A stretch of DNA of 64,000 bases from a virus. Below, one piece after another: positions 8,201 to 16,231 of the stretch (positions are counted from its first letter, which is position 1; each line of letters opens with the position of its first letter). The notes below the pieces were generated by a model that did not search any database, was not told the origin of the DNA, and saw only the letters and a program-made list of their open reading frames with translations. The DNA lies in the IMG/VR virus record IMGVR_UViG_3300035670_000028, positions 64,001 to 128,000 of that record, one strand, 5' to 3'. The position numbers were made by a program, and so were the translations under genes.

Positions 8201-9279
8201 AGAAGTTCATCAAGGGCGCCAAGGAGCTCCACGGCGTCCCGGAGGACATCACTTCCGCCCTGTGGTCGACGATCGAAGCATTCTCGGTCTACGGCTTCAA
8301 CAAGTCACACGCTGTCGCCTACGCGATTGACTCCTACTACGCGGCGTGGCTTCACACCCACTACGAGACTGACTGGCTGGCCACGATCCTGCAGTCCGAG
8401 AACGGCAACCCCGACGGCCTCAAGAAGGCTATCACTGAGATCAAGGCGTACGGCTACCGGTTCCAGGAGGCAGACATTAACTACTCAGGCGATGTATGGA
8501 ACTACTCCGAGGAGCTGGAGGCCTTCGTGCCGCCCCTCTCCTCCATCAAGGGTGTTGGTGACACTGCCATGCAGGAGATCATGCACAATCGTCCGTACAA
8601 GTCGCTGGACGACCTGCTCTACGATCCCGACGGCGAGTGGCGGCACTCCAAGGTGAACAAGACAGCCCTTCGTGCCCTGTGCATGATCGAGGCACTGGGG
8701 TCACTGCAGGAGCTCAAGGACGGCACGATCCGAAACCACAGGCAGCTGCTGGCAATCCTCAGCGACGACAAGAACTACGAGACCCTGCGCAAGGGCAAGT
8801 GGGGCATGACCAAGTCCCAGGTTAAGAAGGCGCTGAAGGACGGCGGCGATCTCGCCACAATCACGACCCGCCTGATCGAGCAGTACCACGGCCTGCCCGA
8901 CTGGACGCGGACTGAGAAGATCATGAACCACGTGGAGATGACCTCGGACGCACCGCAGGACCTCGTGTTCCCGGCGGGCTTCGTCAAGCGTGTGACCGAG
9001 AAGGACGTGCCCTCAGTCTTCACGATCCCTGGTGGAGGCAAGGGTGTGGGCTGGTTCTGCGCCGCAGAGTCCATCCAGAAGACGACCAAGAAGGGCAAGG
9101 CGTTCCTGCGAATCCGCGCGATCGACAGCGACAACAACTCAGGGTGGATCCGCGTGTGGGGCAAGTTCGAGCAGCTTCCTGAGCCTTATACGCTGTGGAT
9201 CGGTGAGGTGGATAATGATGCGAACTGGGGCATGGCAACCACCTCGTGGAAGCTCAAGCAGATCAAGGCTTTCGAGTGA
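5212..9279 (+). CDS. dnaE: DNA polymerase III alpha subunit (C-family) with intein
   Basis: PHP motifs LHAHS/ALTDHG/GVEFY/TADSH; GRGSGAGS; PDIDTD; HAGGV; LKFDFLGL; YRPGP; YGFNKSHA; C-terminal OB fold. ORF track start is 5182, probable start 5212. Confidence 0.97.
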   Translation: MSIIDVRPPTRFTGLHAHSSFSNFDGLAYPKSHIDFITSDAQGGDSWALTDHGNGSGLAHARSAAVKVQKSGKKYRQLYGVEFYFVPSLEEWQQSMDRHQQSIKDAKSAKEMQEIAEEPTVVKPPDEEDEQGGHVVENEEETKESKPGKPEWKKYYHLVVVAKNRVGLGNLFTLVKKSFKHGFYRFPRIDFKMLKEHGEGLVVSTACVGGLASGLIYSEFPDRKFSELSPSLFTGEAAEAAVRSIRGRLDNMVDRFVDAVGRDNFFLELQFNDLPAQHLTNRCLIDASVRNGIPLVATADSHFPSPDKWQARELYKKLGWIGAKLDKTMLPKLEDMKTMLYPKNATQMWDEFKKGYEQHDFYHGHEELVRDAIERTHDIAWEKCEDTWIDVSGKLPKFGTPEKTAFSMLSDLVKEGLVREGLADKPEYVARAKEELSDIKYLGHEAYFLAMQKIFHRAETQTLLGPGRGSGAGSLVNFLLGITQIDPIPYGLLWSRFLGRHRCLQKDTLVLSESGTKPISRLNVGEKVLTSGGTYERVIDKEDDVKHDINALIKTSKDSFSCSPNHRWLVRRDGEVQEVLTTDLRKGDKLLFIKQKSPCEFEEVEIDEVVFSDRLEEYVDIEVENDHTFFVSTAGDNFALTHNTSWPDIDTDAGDRDVLIDAARDLFGDDAVIPVSNFNTLKLKSLIKDIAKFYDVPFDEVNAMTGPLQDEVMAFAKDENQEKSVFVLKHEDCMKYSEGYRNFMEKYPDVAAHVETLFMENRSIGRHAGGVIIAPAEDLERTMPIISVRGELQTPWTEGMNFRNLEDNGFLKFDFLGLTLLKDVENCIARILKRQGNPRPTFADVKAFFDKHLNCRYVLQDDPKVWEHVYHNARFTGVFQFTAAGARKFCLDAKPSSIEELAALTAIYRPGPLKANVHRKYVEAKNNASLIKYEHPVIEKVLGPSYNFVVFQEQFMTLAVELAGFSPGESDQLRKTLVKKSLDTIGKKGDEREAARQKFIKGAKELHGVPEDITSALWSTIEAFSVYGFNKSHAVAYAIDSYYAAWLHTHYETDWLATILQSENGNPDGLKKAITEIKAYGYRFQEADINYSGDVWNYSEELEAFVPPLSSIKGVGDTAMQEIMHNRPYKSLDDLLYDPDGEWRHSKVNKTALRALCMIEALGSLQELKDGTIRNHRQLLAILSDDKNYETLRKGKWGMTKSQVKKALKDGGDLATITTRLIEQYHGLPDWTRTEKIMNHVEMTSDAPQDLVFPAGFVKRVTEKDVPSVFTIPGGGKGVGWFCAAESIQKTTKKGKAFLRIRAIDSDNNSGWIRVWGKFEQLPEPYTLWIGEVDNDANWGMATTSWKLKQIKAFE
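6718..7140 (+). mobile_element. Mini-intein (141 aa) in dnaE, no homing endonuclease
   Basis: N-terminal CLQKDTLV, block B CSPNHRW, block F YVDIEVENDHTF, C-terminal THN followed by Thr+1; removal restores RFLGRHR-TSWPDIDTD. Confidence 0.93.
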
Positions 9280-9294
9280 TGATAAAGAGTTTCT

Positions 9295-9546
9295 ATGAAG
9301 TGCTATATCACCAAGTATGATGTGTCCGCTAAGCACATGTGCAAGAATCCCTACGACATATGGGTGCCCCGGCTTGTACAACACGAGTTGGCACCTGTAG
9401 GAATGGGATCTGCTGTGTACACCCCTCTCCCTGTGGGCACTATAGCGCTGCTGATCGATACGAAGAACATGCCAGGCAAGTGCATATACCTCTCAGGCGG
9501 TTTCACCGTGGAGCTGCATGATTCAGATTTGGAGCCCCTATCATGA
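9295..9546 (+). CDS. Hypothetical protein
   Basis: Ends LHDSDLEPL like other SH3-type ORFs. Confidence 0.6.
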   Translation: MKCYITKYDVSAKHMCKNPYDIWVPRLVQHELAPVGMGSAVYTPLPVGTIALLIDTKNMPGKCIYLSGGFTVELHDSDLEPLS

Positions 9547-9872
9547 GAAAGAAGGATCCTGTGGATCTGTGCGCAGGTGATCTCGCCTGGATCTGGTCCG
9601 CAACCGGCCCCCTCGCTGCCCTGGTTGTTGATATCGATCCCAGCAAGGAGGCACAAACATACTACCTCCTCTCCTGCCCGGACCGAGAGCCTGAGTGGCT
9701 CCCTGAATCGATGGTGTTCTCCTCACCGGAGGCCGTAACCCACCCCTGGCAGGCCCGGCAGGTATACCCATCCCTGATCGCCAATGAGATCGTATCCGTG
9801 CAGCCAATGCCCCAGGGCTGCCTCCCATTCTACCTCGATGAGGTCGAGCGCAGGGTTAAGGAAGATGAGTGA
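9543..9872 (+). CDS. SH3-like protein fused to a major-capsid (gp23 Gol-region-like) peptide
   Basis: LCAGDLAW N-terminus; RQVYPSLIANEIVSVQPM..G..FYLD. Confidence 0.65.
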   Translation: MRKKDPVDLCAGDLAWIWSATGPLAALVVDIDPSKEAQTYYLLSCPDREPEWLPESMVFSSPEAVTHPWQARQVYPSLIANEIVSVQPMPQGCLPFYLDEVERRVKEDE

Positions 9873-10177
9873 TGCTTAAAGTAGGTAAGCTCTATTCTTG
9901 CTCTAGATACTTTCTCCTGATCTATCCAGATAAGAAAACTGCCGCCTCCGCCGCTCTCCGATCCCGAGCCGCCGCCCCAGCCTCAGTCGTCGCAGGTTCC
10001 GCCTCTTATTGGAGTAAGCAGTTTGATAAGCCTGTAAGCTATTGCGAACCGGAAACTCCTCTTCTTGTTCTTGCAGTAGAGGAAAAATATGTTGAGGTTC
10101 TGGCAGGAGATCAAAAAGGTTGGATTATCAATAAGGACCGGTTGAATATTAAGGAGATTACCGATGATGCCGCTTGA
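9869..10177 (+). CDS. SH3-like protein with Ala-rich variable insert (paralog 1)
   Basis: LKVGKLYSCS; highly similar to 10164..10466. Confidence 0.75.
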   Translation: MMLKVGKLYSCSRYFLLIYPDKKTAASAALRSRAAAPASVVAGSASYWSKQFDKPVSYCEPETPLLVLAVEEKYVEVLAGDQKGWIINKDRLNIKEITDDAA

Positions 10178-10466
10178 AGTAGGTAAACTCTATTCTTGCT
10201 CTAAATACTTCCTTATGCTTTATCCAGATAGGGAAACCGCCACCCACGCCGCCGCCGCCCACGCCGCCGCCCACGACGCCGAGCGCCATGCCGCTTATTG
10301 GACAAAGAAACTCCAAAAGCCTGTAAGTTTTTGCAATCCCGAAACTCCTCTCCTTGTTCTTGCAGTAGAGGAAAAATATGTTGAGGTTCTTGCGGGAGAT
10401 AAAGTTGGCTGGGCTATTTGTCAGGATTGGTTAGAACTTAAGGAGATTGTTCATGAAGCGGCTTAA
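10164..10466 (+). CDS. SH3-like protein with Ala-rich variable insert (paralog 2)
   Basis: PETPLLVLAVEEKYVEVLAGD is identical in both copies. Confidence 0.75.
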   Translation: MMPLEVGKLYSCSKYFLMLYPDRETATHAAAAHAAAHDAERHAAYWTKKLQKPVSFCNPETPLLVLAVEEKYVEVLAGDKVGWAICQDWLELKEIVHEAA

Positions 10467-10635
10467 TCTATTTGGCTTCACCCTGTTCCGCGAGGAGCGG
10501 GGCGTGATCAGCCCAGGCCCGTGTTGGGTTTGCTTCTACGATTGCTACAGCTACATGCACGCGGATGAGAGCCTGCCCGGGCTCATTTGGAGCCTGATCG
10601 CGGAGTTCAGGGATGACCGGCACCTGGTTGGATGA
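10453..10635 (+). CDS. Hypothetical protein
   Basis: AGGAG RBS then ATG 10453. Confidence 0.55.
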   Translation: MKRLNLFGFTLFREERGVISPGPCWVCFYDCYSYMHADESLPGLIWSLIAEFRDDRHLVG

Positions 10636-10915
10636 TATGTGGCTGAACGATCCAGATCAGCTGCGCCCGGGCCGGCTCTACGAGTGGCAGAAGAGAACCG
10701 TTCAGTGCTGGGTGCCTTGGTTCGATGAGATCGATAGGGGGAAGAACACCCACACCCAGAATGCAGTTGATGGGCCCCCGAATGGATCCGCACTAGTGTA
10801 CATAGGTAAGGGCCGCGAGGGCAGGCAGATAACTGGCTACTCGTTCCTCGTTCCAAACCGAGGCGTGCTAACTGTGTTCAACAGTGATGTTGTTTATGGG
10901 CTGAGAGAAATTTAA
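10613..10915 (+). CDS. Hypothetical protein
   Basis: LRPGRLY motif; start uncertain. Confidence 0.55.
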   Translation: MTGTWLDDMWLNDPDQLRPGRLYEWQKRTVQCWVPWFDEIDRGKNTHTQNAVDGPPNGSALVYIGKGREGRQITGYSFLVPNRGVLTVFNSDVVYGLREI

Positions 10916-10922
10916 TAAGGAG

Positions 10923-11375
10923 ATGAAAATGACACCTGAACAGTTCGTGTATTGGCTCCAGGGTTTCCTGGAGGTGAGCGGGGCGAGTGAGATGAATGAG
11001 CAGCAGTTGAGGATCGTGCGCGATCACCTCGAGCTCGTGCTGAGCAAGAGAACTCCGGCATATGTGCAGCACGCCCAACCTGCCCCTATTGCCAAGTGGG
11101 AAACGGTTTCCGGCTTTCAGGGCACATATCCCACCGGCCCCAAGTGCGGAACGTGCGGTGTGGTGTGCTCGGATGAGGGTGGCACCTGCAGGAAGTGCCG
11201 CTCGGCTTCGAAGAGCCGCCTGGTGCACTGTGATGCCTGCGGGGAGCAGCGCCTCGAGGGGGAGCTCACAGGTATCAGCACTGAGAACCTGGCCGGTGTG
11301 GTGATCTGCAGCGTGTGTAAGAGTAAGTCGAAGAAGCTGCCCATCCTCGATGTTCCTCTGCACCTGACCTGCTGA
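10923..11375 (+). CDS. Zn-ribbon protein with phage-type TPEQFxYWLQG N-terminus
   Basis: Four CxxC pairs; AAGGAG RBS. Confidence 0.65.
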   Translation: MKMTPEQFVYWLQGFLEVSGASEMNEQQLRIVRDHLELVLSKRTPAYVQHAQPAPIAKWETVSGFQGTYPTGPKCGTCGVVCSDEGGTCRKCRSASKSRLVHCDACGEQRLEGELTGISTENLAGVVICSVCKSKSKKLPILDVPLHLTC

Positions 11376-11382
11376 GGCGCAT

Positions 11383-11679
11383 GTGAACCCCGTAATCTCT
11401 GTCTCTGGGAATCAGCTCGGTACGAGGACGAGCAAGACGAGTGAACAGGATCTCTCGCCAGGCACCCTCGTTCAGACCCATGTGTCTGACAAGTGGATGT
11501 CGAAGCAGTACTGGGATGCCACAGAGAGCGAGTGGGTGGAACTTAATGTGGGCACTGTTGCCATGATCATTGACGTGAACGAGATGAACATCAAGTTTCT
11601 CGCCAAAGATCGAGTGTTCAGCATTCACAATTGCTATGCCTCCGAGACAGGAGTGCCCTTGTGGTGCAAGGCGCTGTAA
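11383..11679 (+). CDS. Hypothetical protein
   Basis: LSPGTLV motif. Confidence 0.55.
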   Translation: MNPVISVSGNQLGTRTSKTSEQDLSPGTLVQTHVSDKWMSKQYWDATESEWVELNVGTVAMIIDVNEMNIKFLAKDRVFSIHNCYASETGVPLWCKAL

Positions 11680-11703
11680 ATTCTATGACCATTGAGCTAT
11701 TAT
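11675..11703 (+). promoter_or_regulatory. TGTAAA-N17-TATTAT promoter
   Basis: Upstream of GGAG RBS and ATG 11728. Confidence 0.6.
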
Positions 11704-11727
11704 TACGACAGAACGCATCGGAGACAT

Positions 11728-12663
11728 ATGCTTCAAATCAGGAACGTAACGCTAGAGGGTCCGGACTGCAGTGGTAAGTCGACCCTCTATAACAACATTC
11801 ACAAGGCGAGCAAGTTCAGGTGGAACATCCAGGACCGATCGCAGCTCAGCATGCTGTGCTACGCCCGACAGTTCGGTCGCGGTGACAGTGAGGTGGAGCG
11901 GTGGCGGCGCGAGCTCAGGTCCTTCCTCCTCGACCTGAACAACCGCCTCATTGTGCTGCTTCCGGACTTCCAGGTGATCGCGCAGCGGCTTTCCGAGCGT
12001 GGGGATGATGTTCAGGACATTCAGAGCCTGAAGACGCTGCACAGCATCTTCGAGGAGGAGGTGACCCGCCTAGGAAATCCTCCCAACCTCCTCGTGTTTC
12101 GAGAGGCGCTTCCGGTGGAGCAGCTCAGAGACGCGTGCGTCAAGTGGCTTAGCATGGCCGAGCTCCTCCAGCCGCTCGGTGCAGCACGCGAGGTGCTCGC
12201 CCTCGCGGAGTCCATGCCCAACCGCGAGGCAGTGGGGTGCAGGTTTCGCCTGACACTCGACCCAACGTCGCTGTCTGTGCCCGATGCCTCCATTCTCAGA
12301 CACCCACCCGAGGAGGTCTACTACGCGAAGATCCTATCAGGTGTCCTGCAGAATATTGATGATGAGCTCAAGGGCAAGAATGAGTACGGAGTGAAGCAGA
12401 ACCAGTATTACACTCGTCGCTTCATCTTCACGCAGGACTCTTGCATCTCTCTCGTTCACACAATTCTCAGGGGCGACAACCTAAACATGCGAGTGTATTG
12501 TCGCTCCTCCAACGCGAAGGACGTGTTCAGCTACGATGTGCAGTTCATCTGCTACCTGTTTAGCAGGATCTACGCTCGACTCGCCTCGCACAGCGGCTGG
12601 TCCTATCCTCCTCGCGGAAACTTCACCGTCGACGTGGAGCTCGGCTCCGCCCACGTGCTCTGA
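11728..12663 (+). CDS. Fusion of dNMP (thymidylate-like) kinase and thymidylate-synthase/dCMP-hydroxymethylase-like domain
   Basis: P-loop LEGPDCSGKST and DRS; C-terminal SCISLVH...YCRSSN...YD and GSAH motifs. Confidence 0.7.
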   Translation: MLQIRNVTLEGPDCSGKSTLYNNIHKASKFRWNIQDRSQLSMLCYARQFGRGDSEVERWRRELRSFLLDLNNRLIVLLPDFQVIAQRLSERGDDVQDIQSLKTLHSIFEEEVTRLGNPPNLLVFREALPVEQLRDACVKWLSMAELLQPLGAAREVLALAESMPNREAVGCRFRLTLDPTSLSVPDASILRHPPEEVYYAKILSGVLQNIDDELKGKNEYGVKQNQYYTRRFIFTQDSCISLVHTILRGDNLNMRVYCRSSNAKDVFSYDVQFICYLFSRIYARLASHSGWSYPPRGNFTVDVELGSAHVL

Positions 12664-12668
12664 GGACT

Positions 12669-13460
12669 ATGACTATCAACCTAGAGAATCGCGACTGCCT
12701 CGAGTATCTGGCCTCGCTGCCTGATGAGTCCATTGACATCGCACTACTTGATCCGCCCTACTTCATTGGCCACGACTCATGGGACAAGCAGTGGCCCACT
12801 GAGGAGAAGTACATGAAGTGGTGCGAGGCGTGGACTCGAGAGTCCGTTCGAGTCCTGCGCAGGAATCGCCCCATCTGCGTCTGGGGCACGATGAAGACTG
12901 ACACCTTCCTGCGGTACAAGCTCAACGTGCTCAACAAGGTCCCAGGCATCTACCCGCAGAATGAGATCGTGTGGTCCTACAACTGGGGCGGCAGGTCCAA
13001 GGGCAACTTCGCCCGAAAGCACGAGTACATGTGGGTGTACAGCAAGGGAGAGCTTCACTTCAACGCCGACGATGTCCGCATCGAGAGGAAGCAGAAGGTG
13101 AACATCAGGACGGGTCAGCCGTTTGCCCAGGGCACAATTCCCACCTGCGTGTGGGAGAAGAACAACCACACGACCTCTAAGGAGTACTGCGCGTGGCACA
13201 CGGCGCAGAAGCCCATCTCCCTGCTCGAGCGCATCATCAGGGCGTACACCAATCCGGGTGAGACAGTGATGGACTGCTTCAGTGGCGCGGGCTCCACAAT
13301 GATCGCCGCCCACAATGTGGGCCGCAACTTCACAGGCACCGAGCTGTACAGGGACTACTACGAGCAGTCGAAGGATCGATTTAAGACTCTCACAGGCTCA
13401 TCCGTGCTTGACTCAAAGGACTCAGCGCCCGGGGCGCAATATTTAACGGAGGAGACATGA
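12669..13460 (+). CDS. DNA methyltransferase, N6-A/N4-C beta class
   Basis: DPPY motif IV, HxxQKP, DCFSGAGST motif I. Confidence 0.92.
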   Translation: MTINLENRDCLEYLASLPDESIDIALLDPPYFIGHDSWDKQWPTEEKYMKWCEAWTRESVRVLRRNRPICVWGTMKTDTFLRYKLNVLNKVPGIYPQNEIVWSYNWGGRSKGNFARKHEYMWVYSKGELHFNADDVRIERKQKVNIRTGQPFAQGTIPTCVWEKNNHTTSKEYCAWHTAQKPISLLERIIRAYTNPGETVMDCFSGAGSTMIAAHNVGRNFTGTELYRDYYEQSKDRFKTLTGSSVLDSKDSAPGAQYLTEET

Positions 13461-14026
13461 GCAAGATGACGCAGCGGGATCCGGAGTTCATAATGTTCGT
13501 CGGGCCCATGTTCGGCTCGAAGACTTCAAGACTTCTTGCCACAGTCGAGCGCTATCGCTACCAGAGCAGGGGCATCCTCGTGTTCAAGCCGAGGATGGAC
13601 AATCGGTATGAGAGCGAGAAGATCGTCACCCACACGGGACTCAGCGTCAGTGCCCAGTGTGTGGGATACGGTCGTGAGATCATCGAGCAGGTCCTCGCGG
13701 CTCCCGACTGTGAGGTAGTTGCCGTGGACGAGGCGTTCATGATCGAGGGATCGGCCGAGGCTTGCCTGTCTCTGTTCAGGCGTGGCAAGACGATCGTGGT
13801 GTCGTCCATTCAGCTCTCAGCCTCAGGACTTCCATTCGACGAGGTGAAGGACATGATGCCCTACGCCACGCGGATCGAGGTGTGCTCGGCGGTCTGCCCA
13901 ATCACGGGCAGGGACGCCTACTACACAGAGAGAAAGAGGAGCGACCTTGGCGAGATTGCAGTGGGCGGCAAGGAGATGTACTCACCCGTCTGCTGGGAGC
14001 ACGCCAAGTTTATGCGAGGAGTGTGA
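13457..14026 (+). CDS. tdk: Thymidine kinase
   Basis: GPMFGSKT, FKP..DNRY, VDEA, VGGKEMYSPVC. Confidence 0.9.
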   Translation: MSKMTQRDPEFIMFVGPMFGSKTSRLLATVERYRYQSRGILVFKPRMDNRYESEKIVTHTGLSVSAQCVGYGREIIEQVLAAPDCEVVAVDEAFMIEGSAEACLSLFRRGKTIVVSSIQLSASGLPFDEVKDMMPYATRIEVCSAVCPITGRDAYYTERKRSDLGEIAVGGKEMYSPVCWEHAKFMRGV

Positions 14027-14027
14027 T

Positions 14028-14864
14028 ATGGGAATGGATCCTTCGTCGGTCAACTGTGTCATCTACCACGGAGGGTGCACGGACGGGTTCGGTGCAGCAT
14101 TCTCCGCCTGGAAGTGCCTAGGAAACAGGGCCGAGTACTACGCCTGCAAGCACGGTGAGTCCCCTCCTGATGTTCGAGGAAAGAACGTCGTGATCCTGGA
14201 CTTTTCCTACGACAATGCGACGACGAAGAGGCTGATCTCTGAGGCCGCATCACTGCTCGTGATCGACCACCACAAGTCCGCGATGGTCGAGCTCCACGAT
14301 GTGAGCAACACGCACTTCGATATGAACCACTCGGGCGCCCGGCTCTCGTGGGACTTCTTCCACCCAGGGCACCCACCTCCCAAGCTCATCAACTACATCG
14401 AGGACCGTGACCTGTGGAAGTGGGAGCTGCCCTACTCGAAGGAGTTCAGTGCTGCCTTCGACATGGTGCCCTTCGAGTTTGAGGAGTTCGAGAAGTACGA
14501 GGACGACTCGGTCTTCGACGACGCTGTGAAGCGGGGATCCTACATCCTCGCCTACTCCAAGACCGTGATCAAGAAGGTGTGCGAGAAGGCGGCACTGAGG
14601 CGCTACCAGGGCATGGAGGTGATGGTGGTCAACTCCTCACACTGGATGTCCGAGATCGGAAATAGGCTCTCGCACGACTGTGACTTTGCGGTGATATGGT
14701 ACTACGACCACGAGGACCGCAAGAACAAGGTGAGCCTCCGCGCCTTCCACGACAACGTCGACGTCTCAGAGATCGCGAAGCGGTTCGGCGGCGGCGGCCA
14801 CAAGAAGGCTGCGGGATTTGCTCTGCCTGACGGAAAGCACATCGAGGAGATCTTCGACGTCTGA
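14028..14864 (+). CDS. DHH/DHHA1 phosphoesterase (NrnB-like)
   Basis: YH..CTDG, DFS, DHH, SGA, DRDLW, SLR, GGGHKKAAG. Confidence 0.9.
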   Translation: MGMDPSSVNCVIYHGGCTDGFGAAFSAWKCLGNRAEYYACKHGESPPDVRGKNVVILDFSYDNATTKRLISEAASLLVIDHHKSAMVELHDVSNTHFDMNHSGARLSWDFFHPGHPPPKLINYIEDRDLWKWELPYSKEFSAAFDMVPFEFEEFEKYEDDSVFDDAVKRGSYILAYSKTVIKKVCEKAALRRYQGMEVMVVNSSHWMSEIGNRLSHDCDFAVIWYYDHEDRKNKVSLRAFHDNVDVSEIAKRFGGGGHKKAAGFALPDGKHIEEIFDV

Positions 14865-14882
14865 GCTTCATATTTACCAGAC

Positions 14883-15728
14883 ATGAGACCCAGAGTGCTT
14901 GAGGAGTGCATTGTCGTAGGTGGTGCCCTTAAGGGCGACAACTTCCTAGCCAAGTCCAGGGACCGCAACTACACGCCCCATGTGACGATATACCGTGAGC
15001 TGCTCGACAGCGGCATCGAGATCGTCTACATGCACGACGAGGACACCGACTACATGGAGGGCATGAACTCCGAGGGCATCGGCATCGTCAATGCGGCGCT
15101 GCTTGTCGGAGATGATGAGAAAGCGGTCAAGGGCAAGATCAAGTCCACCGACGGCAAGATCATGCGCGCTGCCCTAGAGTGCACAGACCTCAGGACCTGC
15201 ATTCAGACGCTCATCTCCACCGGCGGCGGCATCAAGGGCCACACGCTGGTCGGAAACAGTGACACCCTCTACACGATTGAGATGACGTCCAAGCACAATC
15301 CCGTCATCAACAAGGTGAAGGACACCTCGAAGACCCAGGTGAGGACCAACCACGGCCTCAAGCACGCCGGCGCCGGCTACACGGTTGATCGAAAGCCAGA
15401 CGACTACCTGAGCTCAAAGATCAGGCAGGCGACCGCCGAGGTCCAGGTCGCAGGCGCGGAGGACATCGGTGAGATCGCGCCGTCGCTCGCCCGCCAGACA
15501 TTCGATCCTGAGTCCAACTACAACATGAACCGCAAGACGGACAACATGTCTACCACCTCTCAGTGCGCGATGAACCTCTCCAAGCGCCACTTCAACTTCT
15601 ACTTCTTCCCCACACACTGCGAGTTCAACGGTGTGGTGGACAAGACCCCTGAGGACTACGACCCCCGAGTGAAGATCAACGTCTACAGGTACAAGACTCC
15701 GGGCAGAAAAGGCCTGAGCCTAAAGTAA
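14883..15728 (+). CDS. Ntn-hydrolase (C45/acyltransferase-like)
   Basis: Near-N-terminal Cys (LEE-CIVV), AKSRDR, EGMNSEGIGI, RTNH. Confidence 0.75.
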   Translation: MRPRVLEECIVVGGALKGDNFLAKSRDRNYTPHVTIYRELLDSGIEIVYMHDEDTDYMEGMNSEGIGIVNAALLVGDDEKAVKGKIKSTDGKIMRAALECTDLRTCIQTLISTGGGIKGHTLVGNSDTLYTIEMTSKHNPVINKVKDTSKTQVRTNHGLKHAGAGYTVDRKPDDYLSSKIRQATAEVQVAGAEDIGEIAPSLARQTFDPESNYNMNRKTDNMSTTSQCAMNLSKRHFNFYFFPTHCEFNGVVDKTPEDYDPRVKINVYRYKTPGRKGLSLK

Positions 15729-15752
15729 AAACTGCAGCTCCCAGGCTATAAT
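15724..15752 (+). promoter_or_regulatory. AGTAAA-N17-TATAAT promoter, leaderless
   Basis: ATG 15759 lies 6 nt after TATAAT. Confidence 0.65.
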
Positions 15753-15758
15753 GCCTCC

Positions 15759-16187
15759 ATGAGCGAGCGACCCACGTGGGACAGCGTCTGGATGGACACT
15801 GCCCGAACAATCTCACGCCGATCCTACGACCCACGACACCAGGTGGGGGCCATCGTGGTGACATCAGACAATACCCAGGTGCTCTCCGTTGGCTACAACG
15901 GTAATTACACAGGGGGCCCAAATGAGGTTGAATCTGCGAACCCTGGGGAGTCCGGAATGATACACAGCGAGATCAACGCGCTGCTGAAGATGGACTACAA
16001 CAACCCGAAGCGCAAGGTGATGTACGTCACATTGAGCCCTTGCCGTATGTGCGCGAAGGCGATCGTCAACGCCGGGATCAGCGAGGTCGTGTACGGCGAG
16101 GAGTACAGGGACGCCTCCGGCCTGGATATACTGCGGTCCGCAGGAGTGACAGTGAGGCCTATCAACGAGCCTTCAACTGGGTCGTGA
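15759..16187 (+). CDS. dCMP deaminase (ComEB/DCTD family)
   Basis: RPTWD, QVGA, GYNG, HSEINA, PCRMC. Confidence 0.92.
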   Translation: MSERPTWDSVWMDTARTISRRSYDPRHQVGAIVVTSDNTQVLSVGYNGNYTGGPNEVESANPGESGMIHSEINALLKMDYNNPKRKVMYVTLSPCRMCAKAIVNAGISEVVYGEEYRDASGLDILRSAGVTVRPINEPSTGS

Positions 16188-16231
16188 GCGAGATACCTAT
16201 AGATAGCATTGCGCCTATTGCAGAGAACGAC

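Noticed and set aside
5182-9279. Split dnaE, self-splicing intron or intein-borne homing endonuclease
   Set aside because: Single continuous ORF; the intein is only 141 aa with no LAGLIDADG or HNH motifs.
9869-10466. Complete diversity-generating retroelement
   Set aside because: No reverse transcriptase or template repeat in the window, and the two copies differ by indels and non-adenine changes; kept only as a variable-tract finding.
16040-16231. ORF-track N-terminal extensions (also 13947, 39599, 43322, 60986, 61973)
   Set aside because: They overlap upstream genes; RBS, promoter positions and domain starts support later start codons.
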